DNA of 64,000 nt, taken from assembly GCA_905178155.1 (NCBI GenBank), contig CAJINV010000009.1:3404768-3468767 (forward strand), given 5' to 3'. Positions within the stretch are counted from its first letter, which is position 1; each line of letters begins with the position of its first letter. The stretch comes from Amoebophrya sp. A120. Its lineage: Eukaryota > Protista > Dinoflagellata. Positions 42,896 through 56,602 of the stretch are shown here, piece after piece. Below the pieces are notes generated by a model, which was given only the letters and a program-made list of their open reading frames with translations, was not told the DNA's origin and made no database searches. The translations under genes and the position numbers were made by a program.

Positions 42896-44120
42896 ACTTG
42901 TGCTGCAGGCAGACAAAAACATAAACATGCAGCTGGTATAAAAATTGAAATCTGCTATGTCTATGTCAGTCTTCCTCTTCGGTCAACCTTCGTCGGTAGA
43001 AAATTCCTCGTGGTCTCTGGAAGGGCAAAAATCTGCGGTAAGCAGTGTTGCCATGCGGAGATGTTGAGCTGCGAGTAGGAGTACCTCGTCTATCTTTGTA
43101 TGCGTCCTCGTCAGTTTTGGAATTGTTGGTTCTTTTTCTGTACAAATTCACTTCTACAACTTTTTCAAAACCTTGGAAACCAGCATTGCTCATGTCCGCA
43201 CAATCTCACTACAATTGTCGAATTTGATCAAGTCGGAACTGATTAAGATTATGAAAAAAAAGTCAAGAGAGTAAGAGTAAGTATTGCAGCAGACAAAAGA
43301 TAAAGAGCTAGACTACTGTCGCCGATGCGTTTTTTTTGTTGAAAAAAACTGGCATGATTTCTTCCTTCGACGACGCCGGCCGTTACTACAAACCGGTCAG
43401 TTGAAATAAAGCGAAAAGAAAAGAAAGAGGACAAGAAAAAAATCAACAAAAAAAGGAAGTGAAAAAACAGTGTTGCAAAACACAGAAATCTAGATTTGAT
43501 GAAATTCAAGCGACAAGAACGTCGCAAATTCGGACGAAATTTGTCTTGTGGCGCCGCGACCGGCTCGTAGACCGCACCTCTGCTCAACGTGGCGAGTGTG
43601 TTCTGCCCGCGTCGCACTACAAGGAGTGCGAAGCAGTTAAGTACTTCTTGTTCTCTCGAGCGATCTGTATACGTTAACCGATTTGATGATGACGGGAGGG
43701 AACAGCCGAAATAAGTCAGCACTCTAGTGCCGCAAAAGAGAGACATAGAGTTGCAGCTGTTACTTACTCTACCGACTGGTAGCAAGTACGAGTAGGTTTA
43801 GTAGAGATCTTCGCTGCCATTCGTCGTTTTGAGTTTTTCGTCGTCGCATTGATTTGACCAAAAATATCCTGGTTCTCGGCGTCTGCAATTTGGGCCCCAG
43901 TAGATCCCCTAGAACCCAGAGTGAGAACAACTCACTCGCCCGTCATTCTTGTCGTGACAATCACCAGTTACACGGCCAAAAGAAATTTCGCGAAGTACTA
44001 GGGACACAGAGCACCAGAGCACCATGGCAAACAGGTCTTGCTAGATATTGAAGACGCGCCTTGAATCTAAACAACGAAAAGAAGTCTGAATCCCTTGTTA
44101 AACAAAGACCACTCGTCGCT

Positions 44121-47100
44121 ATGGAGCGTATCCGGCAAACCAATCCCGGCCTGGAGAAGTTTCTCCAGTCTGAGCCGGAAAACCAGTACTGTGCGGACTG
44201 TGGCACGAAGAACCCCCGGTGGGCCAGCGTCAGCCTGGGGATCTTCATCTGCACCAATTGCGCCGGGATCCACCGGAAACTCGGCGTGCACATCAGCTTC
44301 GTCCAATCCTGCACGATTGACAAGTGGAAGCCGGAATGGATCGTGAAGTTCAGCAAGATGGGCAACCGCGTTGCGAAGCTCTACTACGAGTACCACGTGA
44401 AGGACGAAGACGTGGAGAAAGCGTTTCCCGGCAACAACGTGCGCATCAACGTGATGACGATCAACGGCCGGACGAATTTCCACCAAATCCAGTACTCCGA
44501 TGATATGGCGTTCTCAAGTGTTACATTCTCAACTGTTACATCATGATTTGTCATGCAAAAGCACGATCAGAATCGCCACGATCTAGCTGCTTCGCATGGC
44601 AAATTCTCGAAGGGCCAAACAGGCTGAAAGCCTTTGCCAAATCTGTCATGCAAGACGAGCAAAGTCGCCCCTTTCACTTTTGCCATTCTTGCATGTTGAC
44701 AAATTGATGTAACAGTTGAGAAGGTAACAGTTGAAAGCGCCATAGATGACCAATTTGCGGTGGGCGGGGACGGCATCAGCGAGGAAGCGGGCCGGCGATT
44801 TGAGGAATGGATCAGACGGAAATACGAGCTGAAGGAGTTCGTCTTGGACCCGGAGCTCCCCGAGCCCAAAGTGATTGTCCAGCGGGGCGGGCAGCTGTTG
44901 CCCATAGAAGTGTACGAAATGCACTTGAAAGGAGGGAGTAGCAGCAGCGGGAATCATTATAACGGGCAGCAACAGCGGGAACAACAGCAGCAGTTTGACG
45001 ACAACAATCGAAACCAGTACGAGAACTTCGATCAAGGTGCTGCTGGAGGAGGTGGGGTACAACCACCTGGCGCGTCTAGCTCTTCTTCCAACGTGAAGAA
45101 AAAGAAGAAGAAAAAATCAGCAAGTTTCGCGGAAGACATGAACCACGGAACCTTTTACGCAACAATGAATGAAGAAGAGAATTACGATAACAACGACAGC
45201 AATGCGAATAATTTTGGCTACTCCAATTTCGGCGGAGGTGGAGGCTATGATGAGGAGGAAGGAGCTAATGCGGGGAGTGACCAAACGAGGTCGCCGCGGG
45301 ACGAGGATAACATGAACTTTGCATCCTCATCTGCGCGAGCAAACAGAAATAACAAATTCGATAAAAATTCCGAGCAAAATGACCAGTCGTTTTCTTTTTT
45401 CCCCAAAACGGTTTCCGGGGACTACATGTTTGGAGATAATGGTCAGGAATCGTCTCCGCCTGTGACCTCTTCCAGAAAAAAGAGCAGTAGCAGCCGCGCA
45501 CCAGTAGATCAGGGTGGAGCGGGTTCGGCAAGCACCTCTGGTCGACGAGAATCTACTACCCGGGCGGCAGCCAGCAGTTCTTCTAGTACCGTGCGGCCAC
45601 CTGGCGCTAGCAGTTCGAGCAGTCGCGGCTTGCAACCGCCGACAGCACCAGGAGCGCAGATGAACTACGCATCTGCATCTTCCAGAGGTGGTCCACATGT
45701 CGGGCCACATCTGATGTCACCGCAACGGCAGATGAACTACATGCCGGGCTATGCCGGACCACCTCCGCAGCACCCACTCTACGCCGGGGGAACAATGGTG
45801 CCGCCCGGGTCGATGCCGTATGGCAGCATGGGGAGTGCCGGTGCTCAGCCAATGCCGATGCAGATGCCACCGGCGTCGATGCAGCAACCATATCCGCCTT
45901 ACAACTACCCAGGAGGAGGGGGAGGACCGATGCCTTCTTCCCCCAATCTCATGCAGCCACAACAAGGCGGCGGGTATAACACAACACTGGGAGGAAACTA
46001 CATGAACCCACCAAATTTCAATGCCTACAACTCCCCACCACCGGCTCCGTATAATCCAGCTGCAGTGCCGTTGCAGCCTGGTATGCCACCGCAGCTACAC
46101 CAGCAGCCAACAGTTTTGAACCCGCAGATGGTGCAGCAAATCCAGCAAAATCAGCAGCAGCGGGAGTTTTTGGATCAGTTGAATCTGGTCGGGAAAAAGG
46201 AGAAAAAAGGACCAAATTCCGCGGAGCAAGACTTGGAGGCGGAACTGGAATTACCAAATGTCGACCTGGCACAATTGGCTGCAAGTACTTGTTTACTTAA
46301 ATTGCTTTGTGGTTTGCAACAGGAAATGATCTTCTATATGTGGAAGTGGACTAGGGATATGTTCTATGCTCACACCAACTTGCTGTCAGTATCTTTCACA
46401 CTATGCAGATTTTTCGCATGACAAAAATAAAACACAACTCCACAGTTTTCGGCCTGAACGTTCCTCTGGACGAAATCATTCCCGAGTCCAAACAGACCCC
46501 GGCCGAGCAACAAGCCGCACAGGCGAAGCGGGACAAGGCCGAGAAGTTGAGACAACAAGAGAAACAAGCAGCTTCGCAGAATCAAAAGCCCCCAGTCGAC
46601 CACGTGACCATCGGGATTAAGAAGCGCGAGGAATGGCGGATGCTGATGAACTGCAATGCGGAAAACTCGGATGAAACGGACGAAAATCTGAAAAAAGCAA
46701 AGAATTTAAAGAAGCGGTACTCTGAGGCCGTGAATGCGGTGTGTAACCTGTTCAATGGGCAGGGCGGGGGGCTTTTTGACGAGTTGTTGAAGCAGTTTGA
46801 TAGGGACAAGATGATAATCCCCTACGGTCTGAACATCCACCAGAAAAAATTCATCATCGAGCAAACGGATTTGAAAGGAACAAAGGGTAGCGCGAAGGAG
46901 GAAAAGGAGAAGGTGGAAATGAAAAACGCGTCCACGCAAACGGACGACCGGTTGCTGTTGCACTTCATTCAAGAGAAGCTGTTGCTCCAATCAAAGAAAC
47001 TGCTGGAGAAAAGTATTTGTTTCGTTTGCTTTTTTAGGAGGTTTTATTTTGTGTTGCATAGAAGTTTGCTTCGTTTTTCAAGTACAAGAACTGTGATGCG

Positions 47101-47407
47101 GAAACGAATTACGGCAAAATTCATCTATTTTTCTTCTTTTCAGAACTGGCTTCCCTTTCCGGCGGCGGTGGGTTGGGCAGCATGCCAGGGACGACGGCGA
47201 ACCATTTCCACCACAGTCCGGGCTTGGTACCTCCTGCGGCCAGTGGGGGACGGAGATAGGAGGAGGGTTGTGGAAAGCGTTGCGTGCAGCACTTCTGACA
47301 CGATTTTTGAGTGGTTTGGAAAAGTTGATTTGTGTTTGTCAAAAGATCAGATGAAGAATTGCACAACTTGGGACGGCGCGATTGCGTTCGAAGAAACTGC
47401 AAAATAA
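44121..47407 (+). CDS. ArfGAP-domain protein with long low-complexity C-terminus; 3' end approximate
   Basis: [46 protein letters not shown]...GN; WIRRKYE. Confidence 0.9.
44504..44744. mobile_element. Introner-like TIR intron, family H
   Basis: DR gatga; ~40-bp TIR TATGGCG..TCAA.TGTTAC.TTCTCAACTGTTACATC. Confidence 0.95.
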
Positions 47408-47925
47408 TTCTACGGTACATTAGTGTTTTACTTTACCGCATCACCATCACTTCGTGAAATCGAAATTTGGATGGGCACAGAGGTAGTTTCATGATAGCCC
47501 TTGTACTTATCAACTCAGCGGTTTGATGCGACGTCATGGAGGTGTTCCTTGATCATGGGGGAGGAGCTCTGCTTTTTTTTTCCGCTTGTGGCACGACGCT
47601 TTTTTTTACAAATTGGGCTGTCCGGTAGATCCTCTCTCTCGGTAATCTTTATCTTGGTTTTGTTCAGTGTGCCGGCGAGTGACTACTTAGTTTCGGCATA
47701 ATTGCCGTTCTTGACTGTGTTTTTGATCTTGTTTGACTATGTTGGGATCCAGTTTTTTGATCGTTTTACAAAGAGATGATCTTCTTTAGGCTCTTGTCGT
47801 TCCCTCTAGAGTTCTATCTTGTGGTAGAGACGAAGCTGCCAGCATCAAAGTACTAGCTTGTACTTACATTCTGCTCGTCCAGTCTATCTTCCACAGAACA
47901 TCATCATCAAGTAGAATAAGTCACC

Positions 47926-49203
47926 ATGACCTCCGTGGACACCATTCTCTCCTGGTGCCGGGACGGCCAGAAAATCCGGTTTGCCATCGAGCAAGCGCAG
48001 CAGGAGACGGAACTGTTTCAAATTGCGGCCCAGTTTGAGCAGGAAAAAGCCATGCAGGAGTTTTTTCTGAAAGAGGAAAAAATCCGGGTTGAGGAGGAGC
48101 GGGAATACCGAAAGTTGCGGAATAAAAGGATCCGGGAGATGAATTTGAACGGAATAGTAAATTCAAATACAACCCGGAACTCAACAAATGCATCAAATGG
48201 CGCTCCCGATCCCCGATCCAGCACCACGACGCCGATATTGTGAGGAAAAATCCTCCCTCCCCATATCAAAACGAAATTTCTGATGCTGGATTTGCGTACA
48301 CAAATCAGATTCGTGTTGCTGGAAAGGACTGCAGGTCCCTATCGAGCCTGGGGAGAGAGGTTTTATTTGCCTAGGCGCTTAGCATGAAAAACGTCCGCGA
48401 TGTAGGCCCAACAGCATGACAAACCGGCTGTATAATGCGGCGGAGCCTGTGGAGTTGCCTTCTTTCAACACAGATGCGATTTGTGGTCACAAATCAGCAA
48501 CGCAAATTTTTGAAAACGCACCTCGTCAATATGGGGAGGGGGGATTTTTTTACTTTGATAGCCGAGATACAACTTTCACTTCGACCCCCGGAGCTCCACG
48601 ACAGCGGTCGGCTCGTCGCCGCGCCAACTGCAGCTACAGGTCAACATACCGAACAGCAACACAAATCATGCGGCAATGGCAAATAGAAGATCTCCTCGCC
48701 AGACTAGATTTGAGCAGCACCAAGAACGTAGCAACGCAGTGCAGCTGAAAACGGAGCGGTTTTTCCGAAGAAATAACAAGGCGAAGCTTGCTGGGGTTCT
48801 AGCAAAGAATTCTTCTTGTCAACAGGGTCGCTCTCTGCGGGCGGGGAACAAGCTGATGCTGGGAAACTACAATTCTAACCCGAACAGCCCCTTGTCTGCT
48901 TCTCCGTCGTCCCCATCCTCCCCTGCAGCCAACAACAACAAATCTTCTGGCACTTATACTTCACCGAAAATTGCAAATGCAAACAATTCCAGCAAGTACA
49001 AAACGTTGTTGGAAAGTATCCGGAAGAAGATCTCGAAACCGAAGCGGCCAGTGGTGGAGACGACGTCGTTTCAAATGCCAAACGGGTGGATTCCGGATTC
49101 GTTTGTGGAAGTCGTGACAACTACGGGGGTGGAGGAGGGAGAGCACTCCGTTTTGAAACACACTTTCTCGTCGCAGTTGCGGCAAAGTTCAAATAAGCTT
49201 TGA
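47926..49203 (+). CDS. Uncharacterised protein with N-terminal coiled coil
   Basis: ORF 47926 joins ORF 48676-49203 in frame after removing 48236-48560. Confidence 0.65.
48236..48560. mobile_element. Introner-like TIR intron, family D
   Basis: DR gccga; family D TIR. Confidence 0.95.
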
Positions 49204-50044
49204 GAATTACAGGAATTCTTGACGTGCAGTGCTCCAGGATATTAATGAATTTCGGTGCTATTTCCCGCCGCGTTCCGTGGACCCCCGCCGGGATAAAGAT
49301 GCTGAGTCAAACAGTGATCTTCACTTGGCCATGTCCTGACTGAAGAGTTGATACTACGTTGTTTCACTTTACGAGTTTCTGTTTCTCATTCTCTGCTGAT
49401 AATATTCGAGGTCGAAGCTGAAGAAAAGATCCCATCTGATGATGGAAACAAGACGATAGAGGCACTGATGTGCAAGCCAGTGCTGCATCGTTTGTTCTTG
49501 AGTTCCGCATTATATACTAGAAAGATCAATCCACTCCAGAAATAACCTACTAGAAATAGTAAAGGCTCTCAGCACGACGACGACGACGCGCTCGTAGACC
49601 TGTCGGATCTTGCTAAAACTCTAACTGATACAAGAAAAAGATCTTGTTCAAGAAAACTGGCATGATCTTTCGACAACATTCGAAAGGTTGCAAAGGACCC
49701 AGCAACTTCTACGCCTTGCCCCGGTGTCCAGCTCCTATCAGAAAGCAGCGACAAATACCTTAACATTTCTTTTTTGCGGACGCATAATTATTGTTTGTTC
49801 ACGGCCACTGTGCCTTTTTTTTCAACCACATTTTTAGCTAGGATAAAGCACCACGATCAGAAGATGGAGTGCAGTTGTACCATGCTGCAGAATAAACATC
49901 GATTGCCCGCCGGCAGCAAGAGCAACATGACATCAAGGCTAGCAGAAACCTCTATGGCACCAGCGATTTCTTCCGAGCTTTTCTGTGACAACATCGACCT
50001 GCGTACTGGTACCCCCACCTGTGCCGTTGTTGTTTCCAGCGACG

Positions 50045-52299
50045 ATGTTTTCCCATCTCCCAGATCACAGTCGTGATCAACAAGTTGGGAAAATTTTAGC
50101 CCCGAATAAGCCGAAAACAGACACCATTCACCCCAAGCCGAAACGCGTCGTGCACTTCAGGACCCGACGGAGCGCACCGCCGTCATCGCACAGGGAGGAA
50201 GGTTTAACAACTTCTGGACCGACTTCGGGAAGCAGCTGCGCGGGACGAGGTGCAGCTGCGCCGCCTTCATCTGCTGCACAACACGCAGAGGGAATAAACA
50301 ATAAGAGGTCAACTTTATCCTACAGAGGACCTCCACCCGCCAAGAGAGTCACAACAGCCGGACCCGGTCTACTTCTCCCCAGTCGAAAAAGTACAACTTC
50401 CACTACGCGCTTCGTACTTAGTAGAGGTAATACAGCTCGTGATCAACTACAAATAAAGACCACCGGCGGAGCTTCATCCTCTGGAACTACGAAGAACAAT
50501 AATTTTCTTCACACGTCTTCGGGAGGTAGCTGCGCAGGAGGAACTTCTAACGGTGGTACAGTATTAAGAACCTCGGGTACTAGGAGGTCTTGTGCTACTG
50601 GTACTAGAAGTTCAGCGAACTACGGTGCAGCTGTGTCGAGGAGCAGCATAATTGCAGGAGTTCGTGTTGGCAAAAATACTACAAAAGGAAAAACTACTAG
50701 TTGTACTAGTCGCCCTTCTACATACGTAGTACAACGCGAAGAGGACCACTACAACTGCACTGGTTCCAGCAGCTCTTGCGCTAGTTCTTCAGAAAACTAC
50801 AGCAACGAGAGCATCTATGGATGTGTCAGAGTTGAAATCGACAAAGTTGAAATGATTTGTCATGCATAAAATGCGACACAGAGACTGACTCCATTGCTGA
50901 AGGCGCAAGGGAGGCAGATTCTACTGCTGGTAAGGGTCACGCATTGGGCTGTTGACTAGCATGACAGGGAGCAGCCATCTTGCCCTAAACAGCATGACAG
51001 ACTTGCTGCAGAGGCCAGGAAAATTTGTCATGCGCCGATTGGAAACTGTGGGTGTCTAACTGGTATAGGTTTTATGCATCACAAATTATTTTTTCAACTT
51101 TGTTAATTTCAATCCTGACAGTTCCATAGCATCTACAACGGTTCCTCCTCGCGATCTTGTAGCAGTGACAGAGAGCAGGTCCTCAAGGCTCACAACCATT
51201 ACAACCCAGCAAATAACGGGAACAGTGGTCAAAATTCATCAAGACTCGAAAGGACGAAGGCGATAACTGCCTCTAGTGCAGGTGGAAAGAGCTGCTACAA
51301 CACGAGGGCCTCCAGGCGTGATAAATCGAATTCGAGAGTTCTTGTTTCAACAAAGACCAAGAGCACCGCAGGAGCAGCAGCAGCAGTACCGAAGCCTCAT
51401 AAAGCGTGTCAGTTCCTCGAGGACGACTGCGTGGTCCAACGGCAGAGGAACCACGCGACGAACAGGAGAGACCACCACAGAGATATCAAACAGTGCGACT
51501 GGAGCAGTACGAAGAGTAATCCTTCTTCTAGTAGTTCTTGGAAAAAAAGTTCTGGCACTGCTTCGTCCTCTTACAACCGGGGGAACAAGAATCATTACAC
51601 TTATAGAAGCCAGCGGACCTCCCGCCGCACGAGGAGGAGGAGGAGGACCTCAACTTCGACATCATCAAGCGACGGCGACGCCACGGACAGGACGGTCGGC
51701 ACCTCCGAACTTTCCTCCAACACCGACATCTGGCCGTACTACATCGACGACAAAAACCACGTCCGGTTGATCGACCCAGACGAGGACTTATCAAATGCAA
51801 AAATGTCTGGGTTTGGAAGAATGCAAGTTTGTCATGCTCGTCTGGCATGACTCGAGAATCTGTGTATGTTGCATAGGCACGAAAAGGCCCTCATACCTGT
51901 CATGCAAAAACGCAGTTCGCCATGCGGAATACGTAAGACATGGCAGCCAAGAAATTTGTCATGCATAGCTGCCTACTGCAGTGCGTCCATCATTCACTTT
52001 TAGCATTACAAGTTTCCAGACCCAGACATATTTGCACTTGATAGGACGAGAGCGACAGCGATCCAGAGTACACGCAGCACGAGTACAACAAGGAACAGCG
52101 GGTTTTGACTTTCTACGCCTGGTTGATTCACGCGTTGTACATCGGGTTTGTGTTTGTCATGTTCTATGACGACCCCGACCCGCAGACCCACATCGTTTTG
52201 TCCATCATCGCCTACATTTTCGTGGTTGCCGCGACCTACCGGAAGCCGGTGGTGTATTTACCGGAACCGGACTATGTGAAGCACCAGAAGGAGTACTAG
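50045..52299 (+). CDS. Ser/Thr/Arg-rich protein with two C-terminal TM helices
   Basis: Continuous frame after removing 50816 and 51789; TMs FYAWLIHALYIGFVFVMFY and IVLSIIAYIFVVAATY. Confidence 0.7.
50816..51128. mobile_element. Introner-like TIR intron, family E (opposite orientation to 27262)
   Basis: DR gcatc; its left end matches the reverse complement of the right end of 27262. Confidence 0.95.
51789..52043. mobile_element. Introner-like TIR intron, family A
   Basis: DR ggact/ggacg; family A TIR. Confidence 0.95.
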
Positions 52300-52419
52300 G
52301 ACAGGAGAAATACATAACAACAACTGTAATATTCGACTACATCAAAGGGAACGATTTTTTTAGCAGAAACACTGCCTCGCGCCGCAGCCGCAGTTGTTCT
52401 TCTGCGTTGTGTTTTCAGG

Positions 52420-55400
52420 TTGGTGCTTCAAAACGCCAGCACGCTTCTATCTAAAGCCAGCGCGAGAAGTGCAATCCCCAGTTGCAAAAAGATGCGGTCC
52501 GGCGCAGCCACTTCCCGGCGGGACCGGGACGAGAGTTACAACACTACTCGTCGCGGGGATCGGGACCATGACGATGATAACAGCAGTCGTCGTGACCAGC
52601 ACAAGAACCGGACGAGTCCCCAGCGGAGGTACGACGGAACCGCGGAGACGACCAAAGATAATATAGCTGCCAATGGCGATTATGATGCGCTTCCGGGGAG
52701 AACGAGAACAACTTCTACAAGATCTAATCGATACTACAACAAGCCAATGAGTCCGTCTTCGATTCTGGAGATGCGCGCCAACTCGTTTCAAAGCGACAAA
52801 AGTATGAATAACGAGGGAAGGAGAAGTGAGAAAAGTCGGGATGTTGAGAATGAATATGAAGATATGGAAAATGATGACCAAATAAATCAACATCGAAACC
52901 AAAATCGAGACCTCAGGATAGACGAACTTGACGCGGTTTCAACACTTTCTCGGTATTCGTCGCGAGACATGTTGGAACAACGGGAACAGCAGCAGTTGCC
53001 CGAAGACGATGAAATTCCGCCTCGGGTGGAACTCCTAGAGCGCCGTGACGGCGGCCGAGAGCCGCGTGGTGGACGTGGAGATGATGAGACTCGTGACACC
53101 GAAGGGCGAAGTGGTCGAGATGGTGACCGAGACCGGGAACGTCGGGACGATCGTATTCACCGAGAACGTCGTGACCGGGATCGCGAACGCCAGGATCGCG
53201 CGCGCGACGGAGAGCGCGACCGGGATCGCGAACGTCAGGATCGCGAACGACAGGATCGTGAGCGCGACGGCGAGCGCGACCGAGATCGCGAACGACAGGA
53301 TCGTGACCGGGAGCGTGACCGAGACCGGGAACGGGGTTGTAGAGAACGGGAACGCGATCGTGAGCGGGAGCGCGACCGAGATCGGGACCGAGAAGATCAT
53401 CGGGACCGAGGCCGCGAAAATGGCCGACAGGACGAACAACAGCGACACCGAGTTGGAGTAGACCAGAAGCAGGATGAGGACAGAGACCAGGAGATGAAGA
53501 TCGCTACAACTACTTCTAGGCGGATAATTCGCGAGAGGAGCCGGGATATCCCGTGCAAAAGTAGCGTACTCGTAGTAATTGCGTTTATGCGTTACAAATC
53601 CAATATTCAAGGTAAACCAGCATTACAAATGCAATTTGTATGTAATGCTGGGGGGAATTTGTAATGCAATTTGTACTAGTACGATGCTTTTGCATTGCAT
53701 ACGGGACCGCGAGCGACGCGGTGCGTCGTCTCCGCCACAACGATATCAAATGTAAAAATGTCTGGGTCTGGAAGAATGCAACTTGTGATGCTGAATTTGG
53801 ATTCCAAAAAAATCTGTATTGCATAAGCAGCAAGGTGAGTGTAATTTTTGCTACGCGGAGAGGGCATTTGTCATGCGGAATAGGCATCGCGAGGCCCTCA
53901 AAAAATCTGTGATGCTAGGGCATGCATCACAGACATCAGGAGTCATGCAAAACGTGCGTGACAAACCTGGCAATCTTCCAGACCCAGACATTTTTACATT
54001 TGATAAACGAATGAATCACTCTGAAAGAGAACAAGTAGGAGGAAAAAATAGAGATCTAGTCCGATCCTACAGTGACCAGCAACAGCGATCGTTAACTCGT
54101 CTCGAAAGTATAAGTAGGGACGAGCAGGAACTACCACGAGGCGGAGATCGTATCAAGAACCAGGACCAAAAACCGCGTTCAAAAAATGCAGCTCGGGTCA
54201 TTCTAGAAGAACGGGTCGAAGATAAGATTACGAATTCGTCTCAAAAAGGAGGAGGTCCTGGTACAACTGTACAAAACCCCCCGCCACCACGCCCGTCACC
54301 CCTCCGACGGATTGTGTCTGGGGAGATACGAGAGCGGATCGAACGGCACGTGCAGAAACAGGAACAGGAACAGCAACAGCAGCAGCGTCTTTCGCCACAG
54401 AGGATGGACCGCGAAATGGAAACGAGAAGGCAGCAGGAGGCCGCATTGAGAAAGGCAGCTGCTGTTTGGGAAGATCTGCAGAGTACTAGACTAGGTTCGC
54501 GCGAGGAGGAGGTAAACAATGAGCAAGAAGAGGAACAACGACGGGCCAACGCCGCTGCCTGGGAGAGAGAAAGAGAGCGGAAAGAGCAGGAGGAATCAGA
54601 GCGCGCCGCGCAAGAACGAGCTGCCGCCTGGGAAAAGGAGCGGGAGCAGCAGGAAAAATTGCTGGCGGCCCAGGCTGCTGCACAAGCGCGGGAAAAGGCG
54701 GAAAGGGAGGAACGCGAGCGTCTGGAGGAAAAGCTTCGGCAGATGAAACAGCAACACCTAGAGCAGGAGAAACTACGGGCTGCGCACCAAGAACGAATAA
54801 AACTACAAGCAGAGCAGCAGGCGAAGATAAAAATCGCAGCGGAGGAGGAAAAAAACCGGCTCACTGCTAACACCTCTGTAGCTCCGAAGCAGGCCGCAGT
54901 GCAGCCGGCAACTCAAAACACCAGAAATGCCGTTAATAAGCCGGAACAACAGCAAGATCCTCCGGACGCGGATCACGGTACGACTACGACCCCAACGAAC
55001 AGAAATAATACTGAGTCCAACCAAACAAGCTCCAGCAGTATGAAGGAAGAAGTGCTTTACTTCGGTGCCGACCTGATCGCCCGCGCGGGCTTGACCTTGA
55101 AAGTGCCGCAGTCGACGATTGTTTGTGGGCAGATTTGCTGGCAGTACTACGCCCCGAAATCCACGAAGATTGGAACCTTGGTGCTGAAATCCTACAACCG
55201 CAACAACGCGTTCGACAAGCACACCAGCGCCAATGCCTCGAAGCAGCTGGAGGGCGAGATCCAGCTGACCGCTTCGTCTATCAAGTGCAAATATGTCTGG
55301 GTCTGGAAGAGGCGGGACTTGTCATGCACATTTTGCATGACCCGTGAGGTCTGTGATGCTGGTGCTAGCATCACAGATTTTTTGAGAGCTTCTTGATGCT

Positions 55401-56602
55401 AATTACGCATGAGAAATGCGCTCTCCGCGTGCCAAGAACTGTCTCCTCTTGCTGCTCATGCAACACAGATATTTTTAGAATCCGCAGACAGCATTACAAG
55501 TTGCATTCTTCCAGACCCAGACATTTTTACATTTGATATCGTCGTGTCTCCTCATCGGCTGTAAGTTTGAGGAGACGCTGGTAAACACGAACGACATCTG
55601 CTACGTGTTTCGGAAGCTCGTTATCCTATGTAAAAACGTACCCACACCATAGTCAAGATGGGGAATCGGCTAGACAAATCCACAAGCTTTGGCTGTTTCG
55701 CATGACAAATCTGGACGCGTAGTGTAGTGCTGTTTGAGCTAGTTTAGCAGCATTACAGATCTAGTATCTCGCGCTGATTGGAGCATGACAAATTTCAAAA
55801 CCGCATTAGAAAATGCTTCTCATGGGGCTCCGCATGAGAAACATTTTAAGCATGCAGAGTTGCATGACAACTATGGTGTGGGTACGTTTTTACTCAGGAT
55901 ACTCGTCCCGCACGGCGAGAAGACCTGGACGGCGGACTGGATGCAAATGCTGGCTTCGAACGCCCGGGACAATTACTCCACGGGCCAGAATATTATCCTG
56001 TGCAAAAGTATCGTACTCGTATTGCAGTCATGCATTACAAATTTTTTTTCTTTACGTAAATCCGCATCACAAATTTAATTTCTCATGCTGAGGAAATTTG
56101 TAATGCATTATATACAAGTGCGATACTTTTGGTTTTGCAGTGCATAAATAGTATGCAGCAAAACTTCTACAACGAAGGGGCCAAGAACAAGCCCTCGACG
56201 ACGTCCGTGATGCAGGAGCTGCTGTTCACCTACGAAACGAAGATTCTAACCCGGCTCGGGTTTCAGTGCGCGGAAATTTTGGTCCCTGCGCACCGGTATT
56301 TGCTGCCGTATTTGCACAGCTTGTTGGAGGAGGAGGATGAGGAGGACGAAGATTCTTCCTCTTCGAAGGAAAAACCCATCGTGGAACTCGCCTGGGGCTA
56401 CTTGAACGACTGCTACCGGACGGATCTGTGTTGCCACTACGCGGCGCACGAGATCGCGGTGGCGGCTCTGTGGCTGGCCGCGCGGAAACGAAAGAGCCAG
56501 GGACTGGGGGGGAAAAAATTGCCGAAGGACTGGTTTCTGGTCTTTGACTGTTCGAAGGAGGCGTTGGAAAACATTAGCAGACGGATTTTGGCTCTGTATT
56601 GA
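52420..56602 (+). CDS. Cyclin L/K/T-family transcriptional cyclin (L-like) with long N-terminal RD/RE-rich extension; 5 introners
   Basis: Cyclin box SCLLIGCKFEE..NDICYVF; ETKILTRLGF..PAHRYLLPYL; LAWGYLNDCYRTDLCCHYAAHEIAVAALWLAAR..LPKDWFLVF. Confidence 0.8.
53117..53420 (+). repeat. RD/RE dipeptide coding repeats
   Basis: Repeated DRDRERQDR units. Confidence 0.9.
53547..53701. mobile_element. Introner-like TIR intron, family B
   Basis: DR cggga; family B TIR. Confidence 0.93.
53744..54005. mobile_element. Introner-like TIR intron, family A
   Basis: DR aacga; perfect ~30-bp TIR. Confidence 0.95.
55279..55538. mobile_element. Introner-like TIR intron, family A (opposite orientation to 53744)
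   Basis: DR tcgtc; family A TIR. Confidence 0.95.
55622..55901. mobile_element. Introner-like TIR intron, family C
   Basis: DR ctcgt; family C TIR. Confidence 0.95.
55994..56146. mobile_element. Introner-like TIR intron, family B
   Basis: DR aatat/aatag; family B TIR. Confidence 0.92.
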
